Assembly (NCBI GenBank): GCA_951406725.2
Contig: OX597823.1
Span: forward strand, 51,460,001-51,524,000
Reading direction: 5' to 3'
DNA length: 64,000 nucleotides
Origin: Octopus vulgaris
Lineage: Eukaryota
Shown: positions 41,064 through 54,959 of the stretch, piece by piece
Layout: each line of letters starts with the position of its first letter
Numbering within the stretch: position 1 is the first letter of the stretch
Notes under the pieces: model-generated
Database searches by the model: none
What the model saw: the letters and a program-made list of their open reading frames with translations, nothing else
What the model was told of the DNA's origin: nothing
Program-made: the position numbers and the translations under genes

Positions 41064-41125
<62 letters not shown>

Positions 41126-41349
41126 GTTTCTTTATTGGCCACACAGGGCTGCACACAGATGGGACAAATTACAAGGTAGAGCTTTTCTTTTGGGGGATGT
41201 AAAAAAAGTGGCGTAGGTTTTCGATCAAAAGGGATTGTAAAAGGGAAAAAAGAATAAAAGAAAAAAAAAGGAAAAGCAACAAAAGAAAAATAGATAGATA
41301 GATAGATAGATGGATGGATGGATGGATAGATAGATAGATATATAGATAT

Positions 41350-41412
<63 letters not shown>

Positions 41413-41979
41413 TATAGATAGATAGACCTCTATTTTTACCCTCCCAGTTCTCAGAGCTTTATTATTTTTCTTCTATTATAGCGTATGAGTAAATGTCAAG
41501 AACACTTTTCGTCCATTTGCAGTTTCTGCTTAGCGCACATCCATTGTAAGTTTTTGCACACATTTGTGGAAATCTTTTTTGAATCATTTCCCGCTTTAAA
41601 TATCAGACAACTGCAATTGTATTTCATTCCTCCAATAATTGGTTTTATATATCTGAAACATTCTTGTTCTAATTCTTTGTATCATTTTCATTGCTTCATG
41701 TTCTCAATCAATTAACGCCAATGGTAATTTTCAAGCGTGTGTTTCAACTCCATTTTCATGCAAGTGTATATATAAAAACATATGTTTATGTGTTTATAAA
41801 TAAATAAGTGTGTCCATGTGTGTATCACAATATCAATGTATGTTTGTAAAGGTTTTATATGTTTTTCGAAATGTGTGTATATTAGAGAAATTTGCGAAAC
41901 TTGAATGGAAAAGATAGAAAACAAAACGAAACTGATAAAATTTGTGAAAACGAGATAGATAGATAGATAGATAGATAGG

Positions 41980-42009
<30 letters not shown>
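40251..42009. repeat. ~0.88-kb tandem duplication: LINE 3' stub + (GATA)n + ~530-bp unique segment + (GATA)n, two copies
   Basis: 40537-41063 is essentially identical to 41426-41952 (offset 889); LINE stubs at 40251-40417 and 41123-41290. Confidence 0.93.
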
Positions 42010-42010
<1 letters not shown>

Positions 42011-44447
42011 GTTTCTTTATTGGCCACACAGGGCTGCACAGAGATGGGACAAATTACAAGGTAGAGATTTTCTTTTGGGGGATGAAAAAAACAAAAAAAG
42101 ACAAAAAAAGAAACAAGAACATGTGGCGTAGGTTTTCGATCAAAAGGGATCGTAAAAGGGAAAAAAGAAAAAAAAAAGGAAAAAGGAAAAGAAACAAAAG
42201 AAAAGAAAAATGAATAAAGAAGAAAAAAGAGGAAAAAAGGGGAAGAGGAGATAAAACGATCAATAGGGATCGTGTATCACAGTGTCATGATGTACGGTCT
42301 AAAGGGGAAAGCAGATAAGGTTTATCCGTGGGAAGAAAAGCCTTCAAAAATGACCACGGTAGCCTCGGTCAATATTGTTATATGTTACCACATTTGTTTG
42401 CATATGGGTAACCCTCTGTTTTCAATTTCTGGGTTCATAGGATTATGCTCAAGGGGGCTTCGTCATTCATACGTGCCATCCTTGCTACATTCACCCATCT
42501 TTTTTTTAAACATTCGCTTGACGAAACTTGCCTCTCTACTCTCACTTTTCTTTTCAAGTGGTACTTGAAGAAGTTGATGAGAGATTGACCAGAGAGGAAG
42601 GTGTTTGTCTCTAATCCTTTCAGACGCGTCCACCAGATACATTCTTTCGCCATAGCCACAAGGATGATGAAAATAGCTCTTCCTTCCCGTTTGAAGGAAG
42701 GAGGCGTGACAATATTGACGATAGACTCAGCTGATAAACCGACTCGTCCCACACGTGACAGCAGTTGTTCGACATAAGCCCACAGGTCGGAAATTGTTGG
42801 ACACTGCACGAGTACATGCAGAACGGTTTCGTCGCTCTGACTGCATCTCGGGCAGGTCGGCCCCGTGTTTCTCGAGCCGTGTCTGTAGAGCTTATTCCGA
42901 ACGGGTAGCGCTTCTCGGTAGCACTGCCAGGCCAGGGATCTCTGGAAGTTGTCCATGGGCACTGGCCCGAAAGTCGTCCCGAACAGGCGGGTCAGGTATT
43001 TCTCGTCGACGTCCAGGTTCGCCCCGAGCTCGTCGTCGTACCTCCCCTCCACTAATCCCCTATAGAATGCTTTGGTTGTGATGGAGTCACTCAAGGTCGA
43101 CCCGGGACGGCAGAGTTGCTTGAGGGCAACGCGACACTCGCGGTGCCATTCGCCCTTCCTCGGCCTCTTTTTGATCCACGACTGCAGTTCGGTCATGGAG
43201 ACGAGCTGCGGGAAAGCGTGCCTCACAAACGGTGACCACACCTGTTCACCGTCGTCTACGAAGAGCCTGAGATGTCGCAGTCTCAGCTCGTGTCTGCGCA
43301 TCATCAACCACGGCATGCCCAGTCCTCCTTTTAACGGGTGTTGACAGCAAATGGATCGCCTGACCATCGGGACGCAACCTTTCCACAAGAAGCGAAAGAG
43401 AATGCGTTCTAGTTTGGTGATGGTAGGGTCGGAACAAGGCACGACGGTCAGGCGGTAGTAGATGACGGACGCGATGTACGTGTTCGCCACCTCCGCCCGA
43501 CCTTTTAGGGACAGTTTCGATTTTTTAGGGACAGTTTCGATTTTTGCTCCTGTCACCGCTTCGTAGTTTTTCAGTGTCTCGCCGACCTGCTCGATGTGCT
43601 CATGGCTAGACACTATGACGGTGACGTCGTGCGCGTATGCAGACACGCTCGTCTCGCATCCCAGTTCTCGCGGGATGCCCCTCAGAGTTGCCAGCTTCTG
43701 CAATAATGGCTCGAGAGTCAATACGTATAGAAGCGACGAGAGGGATCATCCCTGACGGACCGAACGTGCGATGTCGAAAGTTCTCGATAGATGTCCATTT
43801 ACGCGAACTACCGAACGGATGCCTCTGTACAAAGCGGCTATCCAGCCGCGGAAGACGGGACCGAAGCCAGCCGCTCTGAGGACTGCCTCCAAGTATCGAT
43901 GGTCCACCCTATCGAAAGCTTTCGATTGATCCAAATTGATCAGCGCCCCACCCATGCCAGGTTCGTTAACTACCCTGTTTATGATGTAGCGCATCAGGTG
44001 GAGGTTGTCATGGATGGTCCGGCCCGGCACGGCGCACGTTTGCGCCTTGTCGACCAGTTTCTCGATGACAAGCGCCAACCTCTTGGCTAACACCTTGGCC
44101 AAAAGTTTCAAGTCTGCATTAAGCAGAGTGATGGGCCTAAAATTATCTATTACATTTCCCTTGTTTAGATTTTTCTTCAGCAGTGTTACGGCTCCTCGGC
44201 TCACAAAGCCAGGAATGCTCCCGTTTTGCTGCCAGTTGCAGTACACCGCTGCCAAGACGTCTCCAAACAAGTCTGGCATACAGCTGTAAAGCTCGTAGTG
44301 TAGACCACCCAAGCCCGGCGATTTGTCCTTCGAGCATTCTGCCATCGCGTCCTGCACTTCCGCCGTCGTGATGGCACCTTCGCAGCACCCTGCCTCTCTT
44401 GTCGAGAGTCGTGGTAGGCTGTGTAGGTAGGCACTGAAGTCCACCCT
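42010..44447 (-). mobile_element. L1/Tx1-clade LINE, 5'-truncated ORF2 (RT and C-terminal zinc-binding region), frameshifted
   Basis: KSPGLGGL, NFRPITLLNADLKLLAK, NLDQSKAFDRVDH, VRQG, YAHD (for YADD), KGGLG, CPRC...ETVLHVLVQC; frameshift near 43740; GATA/GGAT repeats at both junctions. Confidence 0.95.
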
Positions 44448-44514
44448 ACGTTCTTGGATGGATGGATGGATAGATAGATAGAGAGAGAGAGAGAAAGAAA
44501 GAAGGAAAGAAAGA

Positions 44515-44645
<131 letters not shown>

Positions 44646-45424
44646 GTAGACAGATATATAGATAGATAGAGAGAGAGGGTAAATCGATAGATAAATAGAT
44701 AAACAGAGAGAGATATGAGGAGGGAGAGTGAGAAAAATAGACAACAGACAGAGACAGAGAAACAAAGACAGACTGGCAGAAAGAAGGAAAGGAAGAAAGA
44801 AAGAAAGAAGGAAAGAAAGAAACAAAGGTGTGCGTGTATGTATGTGAGAAGAGAGAGAGGGAGAGAGACAGTAGGGATTTAAAGGACGAATTGGTGAGAA
44901 ATGAAGATTTGTTTTGGTCAAATGCCAAAGAATATATTTGACCAAACATTCGATAGACAATGTATGACAGCAAATAACTTTCATTGGATATAGATTATAA
45001 ACTTTAAAGAAAGCTATTTACTGGATTTTGAAAGATATGACTGAATGTATTGGAATGTATATAAAAGGAAATAAACACACACTCTCTCTCTCTCTCACAC
45101 ACACATACACACACACACACAAAATAACACGGGTAACAACAAGTTTAATACATCTTTATGGGTTTTTTTCTATTCTGGTCGAAGTTTTTTTATCAAAATA
45201 CATTTTAAATCGAGGTAATATTGCTCAAATTATATAGAGAATAAAGAAATATATTTGATATATATATATATATATATATAACCTAATATATGTATTTATA
45301 TACATATATACATATATATATCCTAATATATGATGTGTATATATATATATATATACATAATACATATATATATAACCTAATATATGTATTTATATACATA
45401 TATACATATATATATCCTAATATA

Positions 45425-45485
<61 letters not shown>

Positions 45486-45576
45486 ATACAGTTTACGAAC
45501 CTTTAGTTTTTTTATATGCAAGACCATTGCTTTTACATTGGTGTTAATCAAATTAATATCCAATTTTTTCACCCCA

Positions 45577-45649
<73 letters not shown>

Positions 45650-45653
<4 letters not shown>

Positions 45654-46785
45654 GTTGGCAAGTAAATAGTTTTGTTTTCCGTAAATAGATTAAAGTTCAG
45701 ATGTTTTTGAATGAGTTTTGTTGATGTTATGAGTTTTTTCCTTTTGACATTTGATAGCCATTACTTTAGGCTTTCTTCAGAAGCAAATTCCGCGTAATTT
45801 TGTTTACAGCTGTTATTTCAACATCAATTTTAAACGAACATTTTAGCCATATTTTGCTTTTTTATTTCCATAAAGGCAAGAATGCTGCCGAGGCTCACAA
45901 AGAGATATGTGAAGTTTATGGTATTAACAGAACACTGTAGGCGGCGAGCTGGCAGAAACGTTAGCACGCCGGGCGAAATGCGTAGCCGTATTTCGTCTGC
46001 CGTTACGTTCTGAACTCAAATTCCGCCGTGGTCGACTTCGCCTTTCATCCTTTCGGGGTCGATAAATTAAGTACCAGTTACGCACTGGGGGTCGATGTAA
46101 TCGACTTAATCCGTTTGTCTGTCCTTGTTTGTCCTCTCTGTGTTTAGCCCCTTGTGGGTAGTAAAGAAATAGGTATTAAGAGAACACACATGTCAGAAAT
46201 AGTTTTTAAAATTCTGTTGAAGAGTTTCTTCACTCAAAGATGACCAACTTTCTGGTCGATCTACTGAAGTTTACGATGACTATATCAAATCCATAATCAA
46301 ATCTGATTGTCATATAACTGTGCAAGAGATTGCAGAAAGGTTAAATGTATCACATACCACAATTGAAAATCACTTAAAATGTCTTGGACTGGTTAAGAAG
46401 CTCGATATTTGGGTTCCACATAAATTGAAAGAGACTCACTTAACACAACGAATCAATATTTGCGATATGCCTCTCAAACGCAATAAAACCAACCTTTTTT
46501 TGAAACGAATCATCACTGGTGATGAGAAATGGATTGTATACAATAACATCAATCGAAAACGACCATGGTCCTAGCGCAATGAAACAGTGCAAACACATCG
46601 AAAGCAGGATAGAAAAAAAATGTTACGGTATCAACTTGGTGGGATTACAAAGGTATTGTGTATATTGAGCTGTTTCCAAGGAGCCAAATGATCAATTCAG
46701 ATGTTTACTGTCAACAACTAATGAAACTGGAGGAAGCAATCAAAAAAAGACGGCCAGAATTGGCAAATTGTAAAGGAATCGCGAA
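45650..46785 (+). mobile_element. mariner transposon, degenerate, 3'-truncated, interrupted by a SINE
   Basis: TA-TTAGGTTGGC terminus after (TA)n; WVPHKL and IITGDEKWIVYNN motifs; in-frame stops. Confidence 0.9.
45939..46171 (+). mobile_element. SINE family 2 monomer nested in mariner
   Basis: Full head to tail; flanked by GGTATTAA(C/G)AGAACAC at 45920-45935 and 46172-46187. Confidence 0.93.
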
Positions 46786-47240
46786 CTTTAACAGGAAGCC
46801 ATGCTTATCAAAATAAGCATAAAACCACATACGTACAATATTTGAAGAACAATATCACAATATCATATAACCAAATGAGTGAATTCTCACAGCATTTCGT
46901 AAAAATATTTCCATTTCACCCCCATATCTTTTAACTGATAGTTGAATGAGAGAATTCTAGAACTATTGCGTATAACCTCACTTGAATCTCACTAAGAACA
47001 TCTGAGTAACAGCCGGTGAGTACGAGAAAACGTGTTCAGGCATATGCAATTTATTGACTTCCTAATGAAATCACATACTAATAAAACTAACTATTTAACT
47101 GCAAGGGCCTGTTAAATTTATGCCGTATATATATATATATAACGTAAAAGACTTTTTCTATTCCTGAGCGTTATACTAATACATCTGTTTGTTTTGTACA
47201 CCTCCTGTCTTCGTCTTTTGTCTTTTTCGTAAACTCTCCC

Positions 47241-47311
<71 letters not shown>

Positions 47312-47471
47312 AGAAATTATACAAAATGAATAAGTAGATGATGAATGAGTAAAGCACCAGCACAGTATCGATTACCTGTTGTTAAACGTAGAGTTATTGC
47401 AGGAACTTCGTAGTGGTGGTTGGGGTGATAGTATTAATAAAATAGATGGAATGAGTAAAATATTTTATTAG

Positions 47472-47513
47472 GTACGACACATGTTTCGACCCGTTCTGGA
47501 TCTCTTTGCGTAC
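47472..47513 (-). ncRNA. decayed type I hammerhead
   Basis: gtac-GCAAAGA-gatcc-agaac-gggtc-GAAAC-ATGT-GTC-gtac; helices intact, 5' core mutated. Confidence 0.5.
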
Positions 47514-47578
47514 ATCAATAAAAAAGACTTACTAGAAATTTTCTGATTCGGTCTTACGTACCGCTATATGTCCATCAA

Positions 47579-47615
<37 letters not shown>

Positions 47616-47969
47616 TGTTTCTCATTAAATTCGAGATGCTTATTACAAGTTAGCTAAGTGAAGGAGTCTATAATTGCATTCTAAACCCCGTCTGGGCAAT
47701 AGCAAAACTGAACTACGCTTTTATACACTAACTAAACGAATATCAGAAATAGCAGTCAAGCATTCCTCAAATCACACCCTGACGTCTTAGTCACGCAAAA
47801 TGGACATTAAATAATGAGTATAATTGTAGAAACCACTAAATAGGACGAGATGGTCACGGCTTGACTGCTTTTGATGAGTTTGTTCAATCGCGGCCAAAAT
47901 TGAGCTAGGCCACCGCCACCACCACCATCACCACCACCACCACCACCACCACCACCGCCCTCATCACTT

Positions 47970-48033
<64 letters not shown>

Positions 48034-48324
48034 AACTACTACTACTACTACTACTCTGAGCTGTGTATATAGTTCGGCATATCAAGACAGCAGGTTAATT
48101 ATCAGTTTATGTCGGAAACAATATATGACAAGTCAATTTACATTTGGGGGTTTGACAGATTTTCCTTGACATAATCGATAATCAGATAACCCGAATACAC
48201 ATATGATGCGAGTGCCCAGTGATTGCGCGCATGTGTGTATGTGAGCATGTTTGTGAGTGATGCACATATAAATATACATACATACACACACACATTTATA
48301 CATACATATACACGCACGAAGATA

Positions 48325-48357
<33 letters not shown>

Positions 48358-48429
48358 GTATACATATACATATACATACATATATATATGTACATATATA
48401 TGTACATATATATGTACATATATATATAC

Positions 48430-48504
<75 letters not shown>

Positions 48505-49311
48505 TATATATATGTATAATGAAAATAATATACAATATATACACACACACAAACGCACACATAAATGTGATATAATACACAAGATTTATATTACGCGTAT
48601 ATATTATATATGTATATGTATGCATAGAGAGAGAGAGAGAGAGAGTATGAGAAGGAGGAAGTGAGAGATAGGGACATCATGTGAGTGCGTGCAAATACAT
48701 CTTGAAGAAGACAGTAGGGCCGACGTAATCAACTGCGTCTTCTCACTTCATCAAGGTCAGTTCTTAAAGAGGACGGTGAGTTCGATTGTACTGATACCAA
48801 CATGCAATGCTGTTATCTATTTTACAAGCGCAATAAGGAAGGATTTAGAGAAAATTCAAATTAGAATGGAAAAGGAAGAACCTAATCGTGCAACGTCTTT
48901 ATTCAGGAGCTCGACTGTCACCACCATTTCCAATACCTGAATAAAATAACTTGATATGGTAATGTAAATTCATCCGAGTAACTTTGCTTACATGCATACA
49001 TAACTTTGCTTACATACATACATAAACACAAACACACGCACACGCACACATACACACACACTCTGTCTCTCTCTCTCTTACACATATACACACACATATT
49101 CAGATACACATATATATGTAATGTACTAGTATGAAAATGTGTATGTAATTATGTGTGTATACGTGGATACACATAAAACGCAAGAGTTTTAAAATATGTG
49201 AAAAATACATTTTACATTGATCATTATTTATCTCTATGTGGTATAAAACTTAACTAAAGTTGGTCAGGAAGTTTATCATATAATACTGACTGTGCACAGA
49301 AATTCAATTCA

Positions 49312-49384
<73 letters not shown>

Positions 49385-49389
49385 AGTGT

Positions 49390-49700
49390 GTGGAGGCGCA
49401 ATGGCCCAGTGGTTAGGGCAGCAGATTCGCGGTCGTTGGATCGCGGTTTCGATTCCCAGACCGAGTGCTGTGAGTGTTTATTGAGCAATTACACCTAAAG
49501 CTCCACGAGGCTCCAGCAGTGGTTGGTGGCGATCCCTGGTGAAATATTTCGCCACAACTTTCTCTCACTCTTTCTTCTATTGGCCTGCTTGCTTAGCAAG
49601 CGGGGTGGCGTCCATTTGAAGGTTAAAACAATGCGAAGCGCATTGTGACCAGCGATGTGTAGCAACATCTGATAGCCTGGTCAGTCACGGTGATCACGGT

Positions 49701-49703
<3 letters not shown>
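49390..49703 (+). mobile_element. tRNA-derived SINE, family 4b
   Basis: A box TGGCCCAGTGG, B-box-like GGTTTCGATTCCC; body shared with 12270-12586 but a different 3' third. Confidence 0.85.
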
Positions 49704-49785
<82 letters not shown>

Positions 49786-50073
49786 ATGTATATATATATG
49801 TATGTATGTATACACACACGCATATACATTTACATGCATACATGTTTATGTTTGTATGTGTTGGTACTAGATTTTCTACTTAGAGGAGGTAGAACTCTAC
49901 CGTCTCTTATTAATTTCTCCTTTCAACTTGCCCCTGAAGAAGGATTGTTTCCGAAACTCTAAATTTACAACCCTCCACAGAAAGTTCACAGTGCTCTATC
50001 GACTTTACTACTATATACACACACACATATACATACATACATACATACATACATACATACATACATACATACA

Positions 50074-50156
<83 letters not shown>

Positions 50157-50159
<3 letters not shown>

Positions 50160-50560
50160 CGCAGGAATGGCTGTGTGGTAAGTAGCTTGTTTACCAACCA
50201 CATGGTTCCGGGTTCAGTCCCACTGCGTGGCACCTTAGCCAAGTTTCTTCTACTATAGCCTCGGGCCGACCAAAGCCTTGTGAGTGGATTTGGTAGACGG
50301 AAACTGAAAGAAGCCCGTCGTATATATGTATATATATGTATATGTGTGTGTGCGTGTATGTTTGTGTTTGTCCCTTAGCATTGCTTGGCAACCGATGCTG
50401 GTGTGTTTATGTCCCCGTCACTTAGCGGTTCGGCAAAAGAGACCGATAGAATAAGTACTGGGCTTACAAAGAATAAGTCCCGGGGTCGAGTTGCTCGACT
50501 AAAGGCGGTGCTCCAGCATGGCCGCAGTCAAATGACTGAAACAAGTAAAAGAGTAAAAGA
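50157..50560 (+). mobile_element. SINE family 1, full length and young-looking
   Basis: Complete head, body, internal microsatellite and GTAAAAGA tail. Confidence 0.95.
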
Positions 50561-50920
50561 ATAATGTTATAGTGAAATCCACAAGTCTCGTGAAGTGCAG
50601 CTACCCAGAGTTTTGTGGCCGAAACATTAATTTAGTTCGCCATTTTTCAAGTTTTCAAGCTAGGTACAAGACCGTTTGTCGTTTGCTTTTAAAGCAGATG
50701 ACATTCGAACAGAGGACGCTCATAAGGAAGAAAGCAATGAAAAACACAGGAAAGATGACCGATGTTACAATAAACAAATGATAAATAAATGTAGGCTCTA
50801 AAAGTAACTGACAAACGGCCTTGTTCTCAGCTCGAAAAATGGCGAAATAAATTAACATTGCGGCCTCGAAGCCCTAGGTAGTTGTATTTCCCAAGACTTG
50901 TAATTTTAATTTAACATTAT
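50561..50920. mobile_element. MITE-like fold-back element with ~130-bp imperfect inverted arms
   Basis: 50561-50695 is the approximate reverse complement of 50795-50920; a related arm lies at about 15505-15612. Confidence 0.8.
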
Positions 50921-50982
50921 CTTTCTTCACTTAGCTAAGCGATTGCTATTCTATTTGTGGCAGACCTACCACCACACACACA

Positions 50983-51040
<58 letters not shown>

Positions 51041-51820
51041 CACGCACTCAAGGATACACATACACACACACTCACGCACACAAACATACACACATGGTAT
51101 TTTAATCCATACAAGTATCAGATAACTCGAAACTAAATAAAATGTAAAGTACTTAAAGAAATGTACTTACAACTTAACTCCCCATTGGCAGACTCTGAAT
51201 TGTACAGTGCAAAAGAGAGTATTTCCCCAACTATATTCATCGATATGTTTTTTCTTCAATCAGATTGATACTATTGGTTGTTGTTTATTATTATCTTTTT
51301 GTAAATTTTAAACAGAATGTATTTTGTTTCTCTTAAATATGAACATTAAAACTTGCTCTATGCTAACTTTCGGTTCCCCGTTTTTGGTGGTCGTGATCGT
51401 AGTGGTGATGCGGATGATGGACGTCTGTCATTCGGCAATGAAGAATCAGTCGTTCGATCAACTCAATTTACTGCTGTTCTGCATTCTTCAGTTACGTGTA
51501 TCCTCAATTTCAATGCAGCCTGGTACCTGAATTACCGGTGTTATCAAGCAAACCGGCTTTCGTCTAATTTCCGTCTATCTAATATTAATCCACATGCTCT
51601 ATATGTTATCCAAAAAAAAAAAAAGAAAAAGAAGAAAAAAACAAAACAAAAAAAAAACACAGCAATAAGAAACATATATTTTATTCTTAAAACGCTTCTT
51701 CGTGGATGAATTAAAAATGTAAACACTTTCTAAGGAATTAATGTACGGATAAAAGATGTAGGGAGTTTTCTAACAGACAGTTTCTTGGTTTGTCGACGAC
51801 TCTTCTGCAGAGAGTTGCGC

Positions 51821-52074
51821 CTGATTGGCTATTCCAATCAGTAGCATTGCTCTTCTTCAGCTCTGCTTTAAGATGTATCTTGCATAAGATAGCTACTGTC
51901 TTATTAATGGTTAATCGTGCCAGCCTTACTTATTGTGCTAGCCTAATTTATGACAGTAGACGTATGCTACAAACTGGGTACGGAAATCGGGTGCATTTTC
52001 TGAGGAGCAGTCTTCAAACAAGTGACACACGTCAGTTGTATAAAAAGAATTAGCGTCACTCAGTGACGCTAATT
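51821..52074. promoter_or_regulatory. candidate promoter or enhancer (inverted CCAAT pair, CRE-like sites, TATA, perfect palindrome)
   Basis: CTGATTGG-ctatt-CCAATCAG; CACGTCA; TATAAAA at 52039; AATTAGCGTCACT-C-AGTGACGCTAATT. Confidence 0.35.
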
Positions 52075-52085
52075 AAAGTGCGTGC

Positions 52086-52141
<56 letters not shown>

Positions 52142-52199
52142 CACACACACACAACACGCACACACACACACACACAAGCACACACACACACACACATTA

Positions 52200-52572
<373 letters not shown>

Positions 52573-53371
52573 CTTCAGCGAGATAGATAGACAGACAGAT
52601 AGATAGATAGAAAGAGAGAGAGAGAGAGAGAGAGAGTAACAACGTGCTCTCTTACGATATCACGATTTTGATATATTCTTTAACATATATCTACTTCAGT
52701 GTTTTAATGTATACATAGTACTGTGTATATTTAAAGTTGGTTATTTTCATCCCATAAAGTGATCATGATATAGTTTGTCACTTTTTGTCTTTTTTATATT
52801 TATTTATTTATTCGTTTTTTTCTTTATTCTGATTTTTTTTCTTTTAATATATATAATCCATCGGAATGTAATATCACTTCATAGCAGGAAAATCAGTTCG
52901 GAAATTCACTTTCGTGTGGCGAGATATTACGTTGAACCAATATCTTCATGAACTCATTAGATCCGTAACACGGGAAATAAAAAATACTAGGTACTTTTAT
53001 TTTGTAATTTTACTTGTTTTAGTTTATTTCATTATTATTTTTTTTTTTTACAAATATATAGATAATTAGACGGTAGTAAAAACACAGTGTTTAATAAGCG
53101 GATACATACATCGTTAGGAAAGGAAATAAACGAGTTAGATACATATATATTCTATTAATGTAGCAAATTAACTGCATTCGATATGTCGGTAATAAAAAAA
53201 AATGAATAAGAAGAAAAGCGAAAACAAAAATCAAACAAGCAGTATAAAAAATATCAATAATAGGAGCGACTTCATTAGCGCTAACCATAAATATTTTTTA
53301 CTTCCTCATACAAGTTATTCTGTAACGGTTTTCTCTTGAACAGTTTAATTTCTCTTTCTATGTAACACCAA

Positions 53372-53424
53372 CTTGACGCGTCCCTTTAAGAATCAATTTA
53401 AAATGGCGACAGCCGCGCCATTTT
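53372..53424. promoter_or_regulatory. candidate core-promoter element with two opposed YY1-like motifs
   Basis: AAAATGGCG-acagccg-CGCCATTTT in a locally CpG-rich patch, preceded by TGACGCG and CCCTTTAAG. Confidence 0.35.
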
Positions 53425-54146
53425 TGCTCGTCTTTCTTTACTTCCCTTTTATATTTTTTCTCTTTATCTCCTTTTTTTTTTGTTCGCTCTGTTGTTTTTA
53501 TTTTGCCTTCTATTTTTTATGCTATCCTGCGTATTTCATGTGATCAAATAAGCAAATCTATTTAATCTCAGCTTTTCAGTTTAATCGGGACAATGTCATT
53601 GTAAATTAATTGTGGTTTCCGAACACTCAGCTAAGAGGTATCCAAATATTTAAAATTCAAGAAGGCTTGCCTCCCCCAACAATATGGTGTCACAAACAAG
53701 AGCGGCTCTGGTGCTGACATTGCCAGCCTTCGTCAACCTCCGTCAGCTTCCGCCATCCTCCGCCAACCTCTGTCAATTGTCTTCAGTCTCCACCATCTCC
53801 GTCAATCAATTCCAGCCTCGACCTGCCCCTCCTCCCACCCGCTCTTTCGGTGTGCAGATGTCGTTGATAGTAGTGATAACAAAAAATACTCACACTTACA
53901 CACGCATGCACATACACACGATGTTTTTTTATAATTTTTTCCTCTTCCTTAACATGTATATGCATATATTAATGTGTTATATATATATTATATATATATA
54001 TTTATATATGTATACATATACACAAACATGGTCAGACATGCATATATGCATATATATACATGTATAAGTATGTATATATATATATATATGTTTGCATAAA
54101 TATATATATATATGCTTTCATACATACATATATATATATATGCTTT

Positions 54147-54213
<67 letters not shown>

Positions 54214-54234
54214 GTGTGTGCGTGTGTGTTTGCA

Positions 54235-54274
<40 letters not shown>

Positions 54275-54679
54275 CATGCATGTGTGTGTGTACGTATTAC
54301 GTGAAAAATACAAACAGTAACAACAACAACAACAACATAAATGGCAATAATTGCAATAACATCTAGAAAATAACAGCAACAAGAATGTTGACAGGAGCTG
54401 AATGGGTGAGAAGGAGTAGTGGATGGCGGACAGGAGGAGATAAGAAGTGGCTGAGAGAGAAATAAACGGTGTAAAAAGGTGAGGTGGCGCTCGGAATATT
54501 GGCGGTCGGGGCATGAACTCTTTAGTGCGTGAGTGTGTTGGTACAAATCGACATATATGAGGGAGTATCTACCTATACATGTAAAAATGCATATTCTTAT
54601 AAGTAAACTGTGTGCCTTATATATATAGAAACAGACAAATGTATATGTGTGTGAGTGCATATGTGCGTCTGTGTGTATA

Positions 54680-54807
<128 letters not shown>

Positions 54808-54820
54808 TACATACATACGT

Positions 54821-54890
54821 AATGGCGGTGCCCCAGCATGGCCACAGCTCGTGAGCTGAAATTAGATAAAATAAAAAAAAATTAAAAAAA
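54821..54890 (+). mobile_element. very short 3' stub of the CR1/L2-group LINE
   Basis: AATGGCGGTGCCCCAGCATGGCCACAGCTCGTGAGCTGAAATTAGATAAAA matches the minus-strand tail at 15815-15872. Confidence 0.8.

Positions 54891-54959
<69 letters not shown>

Noticed and set aside
51358-51528. Minus-strand frame YQAALKLRIHVTEECRTAVN-TGA-VDRTTD... suggesting readthrough or selenocysteine
   Set aside because: No convincing acceptor, homology or SECIS seen; consistent with chance or UTR
53403-53543. 46-aa hydrophobic ORF starting MATAAP
   Set aside because: Product of T-rich low-complexity sequence
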